64,000 nucleotides of DNA from a virus: IMG/VR virus record IMGVR_UViG_3300002307_000001, positions 1 to 64,000 of that record; one strand, written 5' to 3'. Positions 49,101-56,959 of this stretch are shown here, one piece after another (position 1 is the stretch's first letter; each line of letters opens with the position of its first letter). Both the position numbers and the translations under genes were made by a program. The notes under the pieces were generated by a model. It worked only from the letters and a program-made list of their open reading frames with translations. It made no database searches and was not told the origin of the DNA.

Positions 49101-52100
49101 TGCCCTAGGATCTTCTGCATTTACAAAATCAAGTGTAATAACAGGACGTATAGATACTAACTCCTGAAGTTCTGTTCCTGAGAAAGTATTTTTACCTTCA
49201 GCAAGTTGTTTTTCAATAGCAAGTTGAATAGTTGTTGCTGTTTTAAAATCTTCTTGAAACTCTGTAAAAGCTTGTAAAAGTAATTTACCTTCAGGAATTT
49301 TTATCAACTTTTCAAACTGATCAATAGATAAATCAAGTGGTGACAATTCTTCACCATCTATTTTAAATACATAATAATCAGCATTGGTTAGGTAACCTAT
49401 AGGTTCATCATTGTAACGAAGTTGTATTGAATAAGTTTGGGGTTTTGTAAATACAACAAGATTACCTGCTATAGGTTGCTTTAACTCACCTTTAGGGCGT
49501 GTAGTAACAACCATTGATAACCCTTCATCTAAATCACTTTGAGATAACGGTGCCAATGTATTAGCAAGTCTCTTCTCTGCTTGTTCTTTAGTGTCAACGT
49601 AACCACCTTTAATGTTCTCCAACCTATGAGCACCAATACTAATCTGAGAGTCAAGGATCTCCATTTTAGGAAGATTCTCAAGAGATGTTTTAGTAACAAC
49701 TACTTCAGGTTTTTCTTCTGTAGTACCTGTTTCTCCTTTACCTATTGTAGTATTATAAGCATCTAACAGCTCACGGATATATCCTTCTTCTACTGGTTCA
49801 TCGAACTTATCATCCAGATACCATTTACCACCTTTCTTTGTTGCACCTATTGCTTTTTCTTCTTCAGGTGTAAGCACAAGTTCACTAATAGTTGTACTAC
49901 CAGTAGGTTTAACATCAAGATCAGAAATTAGTTTTGTATACTTTGCATTAATTTCTTTTTCATTCTTTTCCCTGAGAGCAAGGTCTGCATCAGACAAAGG
50001 TTTTTGGGGAGTATGTGGATACTTCTTTCTGTTTTCATCAAGTTGTTTAGCCCACTCAGCCTGTAACTTTTTCTTTTCAGCAGTTTTTGCAATAGCTTTT
50101 TCTTTCTCAAGCCTTTTAGCTTTGTCTTCTTCACTTTCTGGTTTTTCTGCAGCAAAGGGTTCTTTTATAATTGCAATTACTTCCGGTTCAGCTATCTTTC
50201 CTTTTTTACTATTGTCATAAACTATTTCTAGTTTATTCATCAACTCATCATTTTGGTCAAACCATTCTTTTGTTTCTGCCGATAATACTCTTTTAGGGTT
50301 AGGACCATAACTACCAGGAGCAACTGCAATGTATGCAGGTTCACCATAATAGGTAATAATCTCTTCTTTTATTTTAGCCGGCAATACAGACTCAGGTATT
50401 CTATCATCTGTTTTAGTTTCTTCCGGTTCTTCTATATCCATATCTTCTACAGATATATCAGTAACAGCAGATACTCTTTCTTTAACTTCATTGAAATGGT
50501 CAAGATGAATTGTTGCTTTTGCTTTCCTCATGGCCTCTTTTATTCTATTATACAAAAGATTAAAACCTCTTGGATCAGAAAGTACATTTAATGCAGAAAC
50601 ATATTCACCATGATCTCTATTAAGTTTAATATAATCCATAAGAAGATTAAATGATTTTGTCATTTCTCTTCTATCTGGAACATTTGTCACTTTTTCAAAT
50701 TCATTATTTACAGCAGTTAAATAGCCTGTATGAGCATTGATCATGTTTTGCATAACAGTATGCATACCAGGATTGCTAAGAGGTAACTGTTGTTTATTTT
50801 CAGGTTTATTGTTTTCACTTTTATAGTGTTCTAACCTTTCATAGTTATTAATCCAATCAACAACATGTTTTAATTGTTCTTTTGTATTTACTATTTTTTT
50901 GTCAATATCTTTATCACCTGCAAGACCTTTATAGGTTTCTAATTGTTCTATTAATCTACCTTTTTCATTATGTGCATTTGCTATATTACCGAGTACCTCA
51001 AAAGCTTTATTTGCAGATGATCCTATAGATGGTAAAGAAGATGCTTCAGATCTAATTTCGGTAGCTCTTTTTATTGTGTTTGTAGCATGATAAGAAGTAG
51101 TAGCAAGAAGTTCTATTGCATCATCTAATGACTTTTTAGCCATTTTTGTTTTGGCATATTCTTCGGGACTATGGGCATAAAGTTCTGGTTGAACCAAATG
51201 CCCAAATTCATCCATTAAACTTTGGTGATTATCATAGTAGTTTTCTATTTCACTTACAATCTTTTGTGTATATCCTTTTGCAGATGTTTTGTTTTCAGTG
51301 CTACTTTTTAAACCAAATGCTTCTTCAAATTGATCATCTGTAAGACGATCCCCAAATTCAGTTATACTTTCTATAAAAGATTTATAGTTACCGGTTTTAA
51401 TAGCAACTGCTACTGCTTTAGTAAATGCATCATCTTTTGCATTATTGAACTCATACTTGTCACCATCTACTAAAGATGACATCATATTCTGATCTGCTTT
51501 ACCTTGTACTTTTATACCGGCAATATGTTCAGAAAGTGCTTTTTTAGGATCATTGTACCAAGTATTAAGAGTTTGTTTAGCGTCATTTAACATTGCCTTA
51601 TGTGCATCAACTTCTCCTTTGTATCTTTCGTTAATACCGGCATTTGCTTTCTTAAAACCCCCCATTATACCTGATTGCATAGGACTAATCAGTAGACCGG
51701 TTGCTGCACCCATAAGAAATGTTTGCCAACCTTCCATACTCCATTGCCCCTGTAAACTTTTCCAACCATTTTCACCTATAGCAGAAAAGAAATTACTACC
51801 ATTTATATCTTTATTACCATGATAAAGATTTTTGTAGTAATCGGTAAAAGTATTATCAGATGCATTTTGCAATATTTCTTGTATACCCTCACTTATTTCT
51901 ATCTTGCCCGATCTTTTACCTACTTGCCATAGTGCGGTACCTAATCCAAAATCTTTTCTTATAGTATTAAAATTAGAAATTGCACCAAACATTCCTTTTG
52001 TGTAAGCTTGTGTAGCTTTTTGTCCTTCTTTAAGAGCACCATCTGTAATTTCTCTCCTTAGTTTACCGGTAATAGAAAACAATTCACCTTCACCTGTTTC

Positions 52101-53381
52101 AAGAGCTTCTCTCATAAGGCGAGAAGATGAACCAAATTTACTCATGATGTTACCAAATTCTAATTGGTTCATGGTCATCAACAATGCAGTATTGGCACCA
52201 AAGTTATCAGTAGATGCAGCATATGATAACTTTTGTATTCTTCTAAGATCTTTACCTACAGGCATTTCACCATTATGCTTTTCTTGCCACTCATTAATGA
52301 GATCTCCATACATCTGACCATAAGTATTCGCAGCCTCAAAACGAGCTTCAGTAGCAGCAGAATTTAAAGCTGCTGCCATTCTTGTTACACCGCCCACACC
52401 CAATGCTGTTAATTGATAAGTAGATGCACCTGCTTCATATGCATTTGTCATCTTCTTTATACCGGTAACATCTTTAAATTGATTTGTACTCCATTCTGCA
52501 GCTTGTTTACTATAATCCCATAAATTTTTAGAAAAACTTTTCATTGCAGTAGGATCTCCTGCTTTTCTTCCTGCATTAATAATTTCACTAGTTGATGCAA
52601 CTTGTTTAGCTCTTTCTCCTTGTGATATAGTATTTTTTATATCCTCTGCTCCTGCAATACCTTTAGCTAACCATCCTGAACTTTTTGCAACAGCTCCCAA
52701 TCCTTCTCCTACTCCCCATGTAAGAAGCATCTCAGAAAGAAATTGTGCACCTGCACCTATAGAAAATCCGGATTGTTGTACCATATCTCCTAAAAACTCC
52801 CGGTTAAAAACACCAAAGTTTGTATCATGGATAGGACTTTTAAAGATTGCATATTTATTAAAAATAGCTTTCTGCTCTTCATCTTTTTGCATCAATTCTT
52901 CAGGTGAACCCTCAAGTCTTTGCATAAAGGTTTGATCACTTCCCCAATTAAATAGTGCACTGCCCATATTACCCCAACCTTTCCAACCTTCTACAAAGGT
53001 ATTTTTAGCCAGCCCCCATGCACCACCTACAGCATTGCTCATTACATCTCCCCAAGTTTGCATACCTGCATACTTAAGTTCATTGGCATCATATGTTTTA
53101 CCACCAATAACTTCAGGAGTTGCATAAGGATTAAATCCCTCTGTACCAAAATGACTACTTTGTGTAAATCTATCTGCTTGTGTTTTATCCCAGTCAAATG
53201 TAGAAGGTGTCATCTTTGTTTCCAAAGAAGGTGCTTGAAGATAATCACTAAAATTACTACTTGTTACATCTTCGCTGTTTTGGGTACTTACAACAGGCTC
53301 AAATGTATTTGGTGTACTAGGAATATTATTTACACTTGACTCATTAGAAGACAAAGGAAGAAAATCTGAAATGCTTGACAT
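40170..53381 (-). CDS. giant crAss-like virion RNA polymerase with zincin-like protease domain
   Basis: 4403 aa. GIRIP..KHS followed by GADFDIDK (DFDID at 43449-43463); KRMAG; DGQ; HEAFH at 47841-47855. Confidence 0.9.
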   Translation of the reverse strand: MSSISDFLPLSSNESSVNNIPSTPNTFEPVVSTQNSEDVTSSNFSDYLQAPSLETKMTPSTFDWDKTQADRFTQSSHFGTEGFNPYATPEVIGGKTYDANELKYAGMQTWGDVMSNAVGGAWGLAKNTFVEGWKGWGNMGSALFNWGSDQTFMQRLEGSPEELMQKDEEQKAIFNKYAIFKSPIHDTNFGVFNREFLGDMVQQSGFSIGAGAQFLSEMLLTWGVGEGLGAVAKSSGWLAKGIAGAEDIKNTISQGERAKQVASTSEIINAGRKAGDPTAMKSFSKNLWDYSKQAAEWSTNQFKDVTGIKKMTNAYEAGASTYQLTALGVGGVTRMAAALNSAATEARFEAANTYGQMYGDLINEWQEKHNGEMPVGKDLRRIQKLSYAASTDNFGANTALLMTMNQLEFGNIMSKFGSSSRLMREALETGEGELFSITGKLRREITDGALKEGQKATQAYTKGMFGAISNFNTIRKDFGLGTALWQVGKRSGKIEISEGIQEILQNASDNTFTDYYKNLYHGNKDINGSNFFSAIGENGWKSLQGQWSMEGWQTFLMGAATGLLISPMQSGIMGGFKKANAGINERYKGEVDAHKAMLNDAKQTLNTWYNDPKKALSEHIAGIKVQGKADQNMMSSLVDGDKYEFNNAKDDAFTKAVAVAIKTGNYKSFIESITEFGDRLTDDQFEEAFGLKSSTENKTSAKGYTQKIVSEIENYYDNHQSLMDEFGHLVQPELYAHSPEEYAKTKMAKKSLDDAIELLATTSYHATNTIKRATEIRSEASSLPSIGSSANKAFEVLGNIANAHNEKGRLIEQLETYKGLAGDKDIDKKIVNTKEQLKHVVDWINNYERLEHYKSENNKPENKQQLPLSNPGMHTVMQNMINAHTGYLTAVNNEFEKVTNVPDRREMTKSFNLLMDYIKLNRDHGEYVSALNVLSDPRGFNLLYNRIKEAMRKAKATIHLDHFNEVKERVSAVTDISVEDMDIEEPEETKTDDRIPESVLPAKIKEEIITYYGEPAYIAVAPGSYGPNPKRVLSAETKEWFDQNDELMNKLEIVYDNSKKGKIAEPEVIAIIKEPFAAEKPESEEDKAKRLEKEKAIAKTAEKKKLQAEWAKQLDENRKKYPHTPQKPLSDADLALREKNEKEINAKYTKLISDLDVKPTGSTTISELVLTPEEEKAIGATKKGGKWYLDDKFDEPVEEGYIRELLDAYNTTIGKGETGTTEEKPEVVVTKTSLENLPKMEILDSQISIGAHRLENIKGGYVDTKEQAEKRLANTLAPLSQSDLDEGLSMVVTTRPKGELKQPIAGNLVVFTKPQTYSIQLRYNDEPIGYLTNADYYVFKIDGEELSPLDLSIDQFEKLIKIPEGKLLLQAFTEFQEDFKTATTIQLAIEKQLAEGKNTFSGTELQELVSIRPVITLDFVNAEDPRAAPLLEDIEANTNIPVSESGEKRMIVVNNARYKEITDQLKATGEFTTVSSSEYAPMVLGEMSDLDTTIIKSAGDIPLKDNNGMYSVAIEVAGQIKWIQVTPTVYNESQMQETLDRIKELSSKEDKKRTEEDNQEISTLLKGIFIALPVHVWTEGSKIGKNELQKWDLRLNYNPKENTIFLSTNKKGSPQLSLNTAKFNSPEELAATIQKEISKKKKNAKDVLFPGITVTKENFRHQVPFSTSIEEKRKAILGMTASVYPNVAKRISLRYGLPKEVSASTLPQESAPGIAENVVATPVEEIIPVAKTKKAKKENDVKAAENSDFEAMKASRKKGTKSKKVVPKGEIFDEKSVESIQKFVAWVKKNLPEGIFSVDELSRLEDALNNNYVTAGQFIGFLDELKNIKGSIQVRDGSPFKYHEAFHGVFRLLLPQDKINDLLAQAKKENIATDKKLRELRNSDPIYKNLSEKELEERFYEEYLADKFDAWKMNRSTPAKGSIKSFFQKLADFIKELFAKITGNKLQAMFYELERGKYKKAGLQVNSFTDQIQEGVSDPALKLILLEEGFEIETENGIREVNRYLDQTTGDQLSTNIAALYHKMAMLEPVHNKKELLEKVLNIYKDTYDTTRPIYKSRANAITDVLKRAEWMRKLIDLETVFTEDSSRKSLMDAVDLHLQIMGYKQNLEDEVVASLEDEVGPRNTEDAHKKSKSPLSDYGSLSKYLREYIGSTTYQLDKDEFGNVSLIDGTPLYNTVSANKVYNGLLAILSNVADEDKLIDKLIEYTKHKGNPETVKFINRLFEDTGFDKDTKTATKNTLLLQQVLKGFNQYSTQYLFTQINQNHQFQTSYANTKDVARVQFSNWKAQYDSLKNVKKFGVTRLVNKMANNESKISDSDLDDFSESMSISLEKETGIALHQMFIKFSIIASKKEEARTVEQQKFYDLYSNVEPIATSALVANLETPLGNIDIFAKDADTEEGEKVNTSKPHQFLMKIAASNALFDESINTISFTNANNETVYAHQLPNFDFVKVRELNDKNVRQTLMENPEFANFLLSDPRFVTVANRNKISVEQIDGLRKVFESTNDETGESFVSKGLEVNRQPGITYGDFNKREFLATLLGLYDVRLQPDALVRNDNNTQSWYVVPVMTRTIEAKNSAHSIRMAVIPSVTKTKGAVSLSTEALDKLYSFIENEFNNIKQAKKEIEEIDNGTYTGKTIKGYHTGKKNEDGTWKIAPRGLKFFNARVSLGSLAEEIENNIDAELDEVKIKKQLNDYWLSQADVLASQMALEGLINLKKEAGKIVKISNILAPNFIFEGYGKQELNDKMNIENNDPMFNLTQILVNDYINTVAINQLILGNEAKSFKDPIDQVKRMAGANAQGPSMSTSFVSKELGIEHDLKTIHHITYSDNEGVVRSSVSGNEIQGDDGQMYGTAKGLRYALFGFGKLTKIQADIITKLQEGVPVTEEEFFGAGGLKDKGAFNSLKLVYYNGSTYLKCSMIPLFREAVSVWDGNEWQPQVGKEAAHALLNKMEDYEDKNSTVVFAHPESVSKGLKQNIANSISDIDDSHFNPLESRFMRQQLENPSNKLTITDPSQAKQQIMSEQDPSTAVTFMGVETTIGKVRAAYMTDNAQRVKNNYKATANTIFTLKDALIELDESIKGKEFTAKMGAFFDTMKETLRATGADQQTLNFLETKDGKPVYNLNFPSTLEKFTSIFLNYFSKGSVAEKVPGHTLALVSGSLGMGDCIKKVISLDENGQPKEWEVIPRSEYLKNFRRYKDAKRWDDITARAFVGLKEGDIYLDSLRHNVPIYDKDGKIVGRFSEYMAPAHYKEEMNSVQKSMRDAFGIRIPSDDKHSYISLRKVDTLPVQYGSVGIFPHELVEISGADFDIDKMYLCIADTYLKQIDSKNGNPIYGRVAYGTAKTDDEKFDEYITWQSENNKAVKNAIKEYKLTTEGVISDILDADKSIIIVAFKKLGMPTTTKEFIAEGGEELNNGVLNNRSLAAKIAMQSNEEITKFNSTSTSTTPLLNLTEKLIKMFTAISEDENVAYDKKKGIVAILNVLKEAPTDVSSILGKAIAFDNNKQGSRNIGATANAIQVYSLNNQFKVDIEPKYRITIDGNTFGSFSHNKEWEAHEAEPVLYKSGKKKGEIKGYIIAGKEYSKKDFDENNIPKGAYTGTRIAANLGTLLNAMTDNAKERLAARLGLNITALGYVSNMVSTGVPLETAVLLVLQPAARRYFADIQKLEGSLKTKEEATSSKRKILAEKISTLDPKDDVNVGPDNFVTTQDLIDNIAQGGNKVTDAYVLKTIKLVETQSDTLASISKIQKLSQGLPSTWEDIDAMNTALNNLGIKLDGDRYVEMTAKELEEYKKENKVEIAVDVKDILLNQQKIIATNLKVLAQVQYLSKKVFIEKTPLFARLSEVVFGNMKKMSNIENSEFGKTLKHDIISFLSIKAYRHWLQKNDYPGTLSSLTNAMIYPELKSQKPVDFKDIIDTMQSLRDKLKGKNENYLVSRFLMLVSAENSKEGINTAEANTWARLSDAQQDRLVSSFISLYVNAYEDESGNEINTHDDAVAMFNYLLVKDGAQFKTGSFIRFIPTFMFEDIMGRTTEVNDFLAADKWDEEKAMSIFGVPSSNIMDEFMRSYATHIGNKFYIKNIIDKKNVATMDDIDLTELTDDERKKVLEHILTKQYTKPVDINPNEQPLIYIDMFRGIRDTVVPDMEGTYVNRKYGKKFTDFENALLTKNKNYVKSTGFKIVRKEIKGKEGKEHDVIEFPYSISINGQLYELFALGESMENAPTKVITRDVSVATGTSAQYRKTEWKGAPSTFKASAIDGPLPNSKIQVGKKTKTVIEEEGEVTDEYLAQIEAEQTAKQSTKTPEERLAEFGIVRIATSKGFVAVKGNKQYLLNADENTPAKIIARVQTEETKQAVSLQPIDWKSEIDKLSEGKSEGWVEKARNVYTRGITAKLSPETILDNIKNC

Positions 53382-53396
53382 TTAATTATGTTTATG

Positions 53397-56300
53397 TTAT
53401 TTAAAAATATCCCCAACTCTTACACCACCTTGTACAGGTGGTTTAGACTGATTACCTTGAACCAACATTCTTCTTTTTTCAAGTTCGGTCATAATCCATC
53501 TATTTTTTGATTGAATTATTTCATCTGGACTAAGTGCCCTATCCCCTACAAGTAAATTAAGTGGTGTCCTATCTTCATCTGTCCATTCAGGAACACCATT
53601 TTTCATTTTAACGCTACCATCTGGATTAATTTTCCAATGTTGTGTAAAGATATAAGCTTTTGTGAATTTATTATTAGCGTCTTTGCTATTAGGATCCGGC
53701 ATTATTTTATATTTAAAACCTGCACTCTCCTCAAATTTATTGTTTTCTACAGGTGTAGGATCTGTAAGCAGTTGTCCATATGTATATGTCATTTGAGCTT
53801 TTGGTAATTGTGTAATATAAGTTCCTTTAGCATTAGGACTTACATCTATCCACATGGTCCCCAATTTTTTTATGTCTGCTACATTTTGCCCACCTATTAA
53901 ACCTTTTTCTTTATCTCCTTTATCTATACCTGAAAAATGAACCTCTACTGCAGGTTTACCATTAGGACCAAATTCATGGTAAGTAACACTTTCAGCAAGA
54001 TCTAAAACAGCTTCAGTAGCAGTGTGATCCTCTAATGCTTTCTTCATTTCTGGAGATATAAGTGCACCCATTTTTTTATCAGAACCTACTGTATACATTT
54101 TTAATTGATTGCCCGGTAATAATGCTTCTTTATAAATAGCTAAACCTGTTGCTTTTTGTGTAGGATTAACATCTTTGCCTGTACCTGACATATCATATGT
54201 AATAGCAGAGCCAGATACACCTGATGCAAACTCAGTCATTTGCCCTACTACTTTTTCACCAACTTTTGCTATTTTATTTTTATATGTACCAGGTTGACCA
54301 AATACAGAATAAAATGATTTTCCATTATTTATAGCAGGAACTAATTGATTAGGATATGGTAATTCTTTACCATCTGCAGCATGATGATAAGGAGGTTTTC
54401 CACTTAAAATAGCTTCTAAATCATGCGTAGCTTGGTAAGGAGTTCTTGTAGAAAGATTACTTATGGGAAATGTTGCAGGAGAATGTTTATAATCAAAACC
54501 ATTTATATTATTAATCTCATACTCTGTACCATTAATATTTATTGTACCTCTAGATAAACCTAATGATAAATCTTTATCATTCCATAATCTTGCAAATTGA
54601 TCCCCTGTTATAGTTTTAGTAGATTTGCTTCCTAACTCATTTACTGTAATTGTAGGTAAATGAAAAGAATTTGCTGTGTTTTCAGGTGTATAAAAATCAT
54701 TTGTTTTTTTATCTATTAGATCTTTATATATACCAGTTTTATCATTACTTATAAAATCTTTTAATTTTTCTTTATATTCAGTTTCTCTTTTGGTATAATT
54801 GGCCATTTCTTTCTCCATGTCCAAATTATTTTGAGCAAGTGTTAATATAAGATTAGCTTTTTTGGGGTCAACTGATTGAAAAATATGTTCACTATTTTCT
54901 TTAGTTACAAATGCCATTAAACCTTGTCGTAACTGATTAGGACCACTATTTAAACCACCTGTAGTGTATTGCTGAAGACCATTGTCATTAAGTATTTTGA
55001 TAAATTGACCTCTTCTTGCAATACCTTCTTTGCTCATATCATATTTACCAGTAGTGATTGCATTTTGAAGATCACCACTTAAAGATAGTATATCAGTGTT
55101 TTCCATACCACCTGGTATAATATCTTTACTTACCATTTGCAATAGTCCTTCAGAATTAAACGCTTTATAGTTTACACTATTAATAGTTTTAATTTGCTCA
55201 TCTTGATAAAGATCTATTGTTGGTATTTTAGCTATATCTGTACCGGTTACAGCTACAGTACCTGATCCTATATTTGGATTAGCTAAACCTTTAGTTCCAC
55301 TAGTTCCATTTGTTACACCATTACTATTAAAGCCTGTATTAGGATTAAAGTATCCATCTCCTCCAATATCAAAACCACCTGGAAGATATTCCTCCAGTAA
55401 TTCAGGAGTAAGCATACCTGCTTTTCTTAAACTTTCTATAGTCTTAAAGTTATTGTTTGCATCTCTTTGGTTATTTAACCCTTGTAATTGAGCTAATTTT
55501 AATTGATGTTCCCATTGTTTATCTGCTCTTTCATTAAAAGCTTTTGTTATAGGGCTATCTTTAATCTCAACTGAAGATATACTTGCAAGGCCTATTGCCC
55601 ATTTATCAGCAGCATGTGATAGATATACTTTTCCAACGTAATCTCTAGGATTATCGGTAATATCTTTTATTGCTTTTTTGTACTGATCAGATTCAAAATC
55701 AACTGCTTTTAGATAATCCTCAGAATTTGTAGAGTTTTTGATAACATCATTTCCTTTAAACCCTAAATCTTTAGAATAGTCAAGTTGTGCTTTATCACTA
55801 AGTGCTTGATATTGATCTGCTTGTTTTTTATTAAATTCAACTTGTGCAGCAACTTCAGGACTTATTTGTACATTGTTATCCTTTGGAAAACCATTAGCAT
55901 CTAATCCTCCTGGTATAAGAGCTTCATTTTTTTGTCTCCATTCAAGAGCTGTTTTATTGTATGAAGCAATTGTGCCGGCATAATACTTACTAATACCTTG
56001 CACAGATTGTTCACCATATAGTTTAGTTGCTTGTTCAGTAGATATACCGGGATTTCTTTGTTTAATATCTTTTAAATCTAACTCCATTTTAGCAGTAGAC
56101 AATACTCTATTTTGAGCAGTGTATTTATCTCTTGATGCTACAGATAGATAAAAAGATTTGAATGCATCTACTGATTTGGGACCATTAGTAGTAACATACA
56201 TTACATTACCTTGAGCATCTGTAGTTTTTATACCACCGTCTTTACCAAAGGTCTTTATAAACTCATCTCTTGCATCTGTATCAATATCATATACAGGTAT

Positions 56301-56813
56301 AGATTCTCTTTTTTCTAATTTACTATATGCATCAGCAGTCATTGGAGTATTTGCCAATTCCTCTAAACCTGTATTAAGGTAACTATCAACAAGTGGATTA
56401 TATAAACTTCTTTCATCTTTATCTTTACTATATTTCATAGAATTTTGTCTCTGAAATTGGTTTTGATAGTGAGAAGTAAGTGATATGTTTTGTAACAATT
56501 GCCCATCCTCATGAAAAGGTAGCATAATATTTTCAGCAGCCATTACATTCTTAGGATCACTAAGATCCGTAGCTGCAACAGCTTTCATCTGATCAAGAGC
56601 TTTTTTCTTATAGTCATTTTGTCGTTTAGTGGCTTCTTCACCTGTTACAGGTTTATTAAAGATAGATGCAAAAGAATCTTTGATTTCTTTAAAACCCTGC
56701 TCATATTGCTGATTAGCTTTCATTTGCATTGATTGCAAGAAAGAAAAATCTGGGGAATACGTAGGAATTGCCGTAATAGATGAAGGTACGTTTTCTAACC
56801 AATCATATGTCAT
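53397..56813 (-). CDS. large putative virion cargo protein
   Basis: 1138 aa ORF immediately upstream of the RNAP gene, as in crAss-like genomes. Confidence 0.7.
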   Translation of the reverse strand: MTYDWLENVPSSITAIPTYSPDFSFLQSMQMKANQQYEQGFKEIKDSFASIFNKPVTGEEATKRQNDYKKKALDQMKAVAATDLSDPKNVMAAENIMLPFHEDGQLLQNISLTSHYQNQFQRQNSMKYSKDKDERSLYNPLVDSYLNTGLEELANTPMTADAYSKLEKRESIPVYDIDTDARDEFIKTFGKDGGIKTTDAQGNVMYVTTNGPKSVDAFKSFYLSVASRDKYTAQNRVLSTAKMELDLKDIKQRNPGISTEQATKLYGEQSVQGISKYYAGTIASYNKTALEWRQKNEALIPGGLDANGFPKDNNVQISPEVAAQVEFNKKQADQYQALSDKAQLDYSKDLGFKGNDVIKNSTNSEDYLKAVDFESDQYKKAIKDITDNPRDYVGKVYLSHAADKWAIGLASISSVEIKDSPITKAFNERADKQWEHQLKLAQLQGLNNQRDANNNFKTIESLRKAGMLTPELLEEYLPGGFDIGGDGYFNPNTGFNSNGVTNGTSGTKGLANPNIGSGTVAVTGTDIAKIPTIDLYQDEQIKTINSVNYKAFNSEGLLQMVSKDIIPGGMENTDILSLSGDLQNAITTGKYDMSKEGIARRGQFIKILNDNGLQQYTTGGLNSGPNQLRQGLMAFVTKENSEHIFQSVDPKKANLILTLAQNNLDMEKEMANYTKRETEYKEKLKDFISNDKTGIYKDLIDKKTNDFYTPENTANSFHLPTITVNELGSKSTKTITGDQFARLWNDKDLSLGLSRGTININGTEYEINNINGFDYKHSPATFPISNLSTRTPYQATHDLEAILSGKPPYHHAADGKELPYPNQLVPAINNGKSFYSVFGQPGTYKNKIAKVGEKVVGQMTEFASGVSGSAITYDMSGTGKDVNPTQKATGLAIYKEALLPGNQLKMYTVGSDKKMGALISPEMKKALEDHTATEAVLDLAESVTYHEFGPNGKPAVEVHFSGIDKGDKEKGLIGGQNVADIKKLGTMWIDVSPNAKGTYITQLPKAQMTYTYGQLLTDPTPVENNKFEESAGFKYKIMPDPNSKDANNKFTKAYIFTQHWKINPDGSVKMKNGVPEWTDEDRTPLNLLVGDRALSPDEIIQSKNRWIMTELEKRRMLVQGNQSKPPVQGGVRVGDIFK

Positions 56814-56889
56814 CTTATAATATTTAAAGTAGTATTATTAGTTTTTAGCCCACTTCAATATAAATATACGAGATAAACAATTAAGGTGC

Positions 56890-56928
56890 AAAAAAAACAG
56901 GGAATAAACCTTTTATGTGTATTCCCTG
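56890..56928 (-). terminator. intrinsic terminator after the 952 aa gene
   Basis: 9 bp stem CAGGGAATA/TATTCCCTG followed by T8 on the - strand. Confidence 0.72.
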
Positions 56929-56959
56929 GTCTTTTCTATAAACATTTTATGTGTAATTA

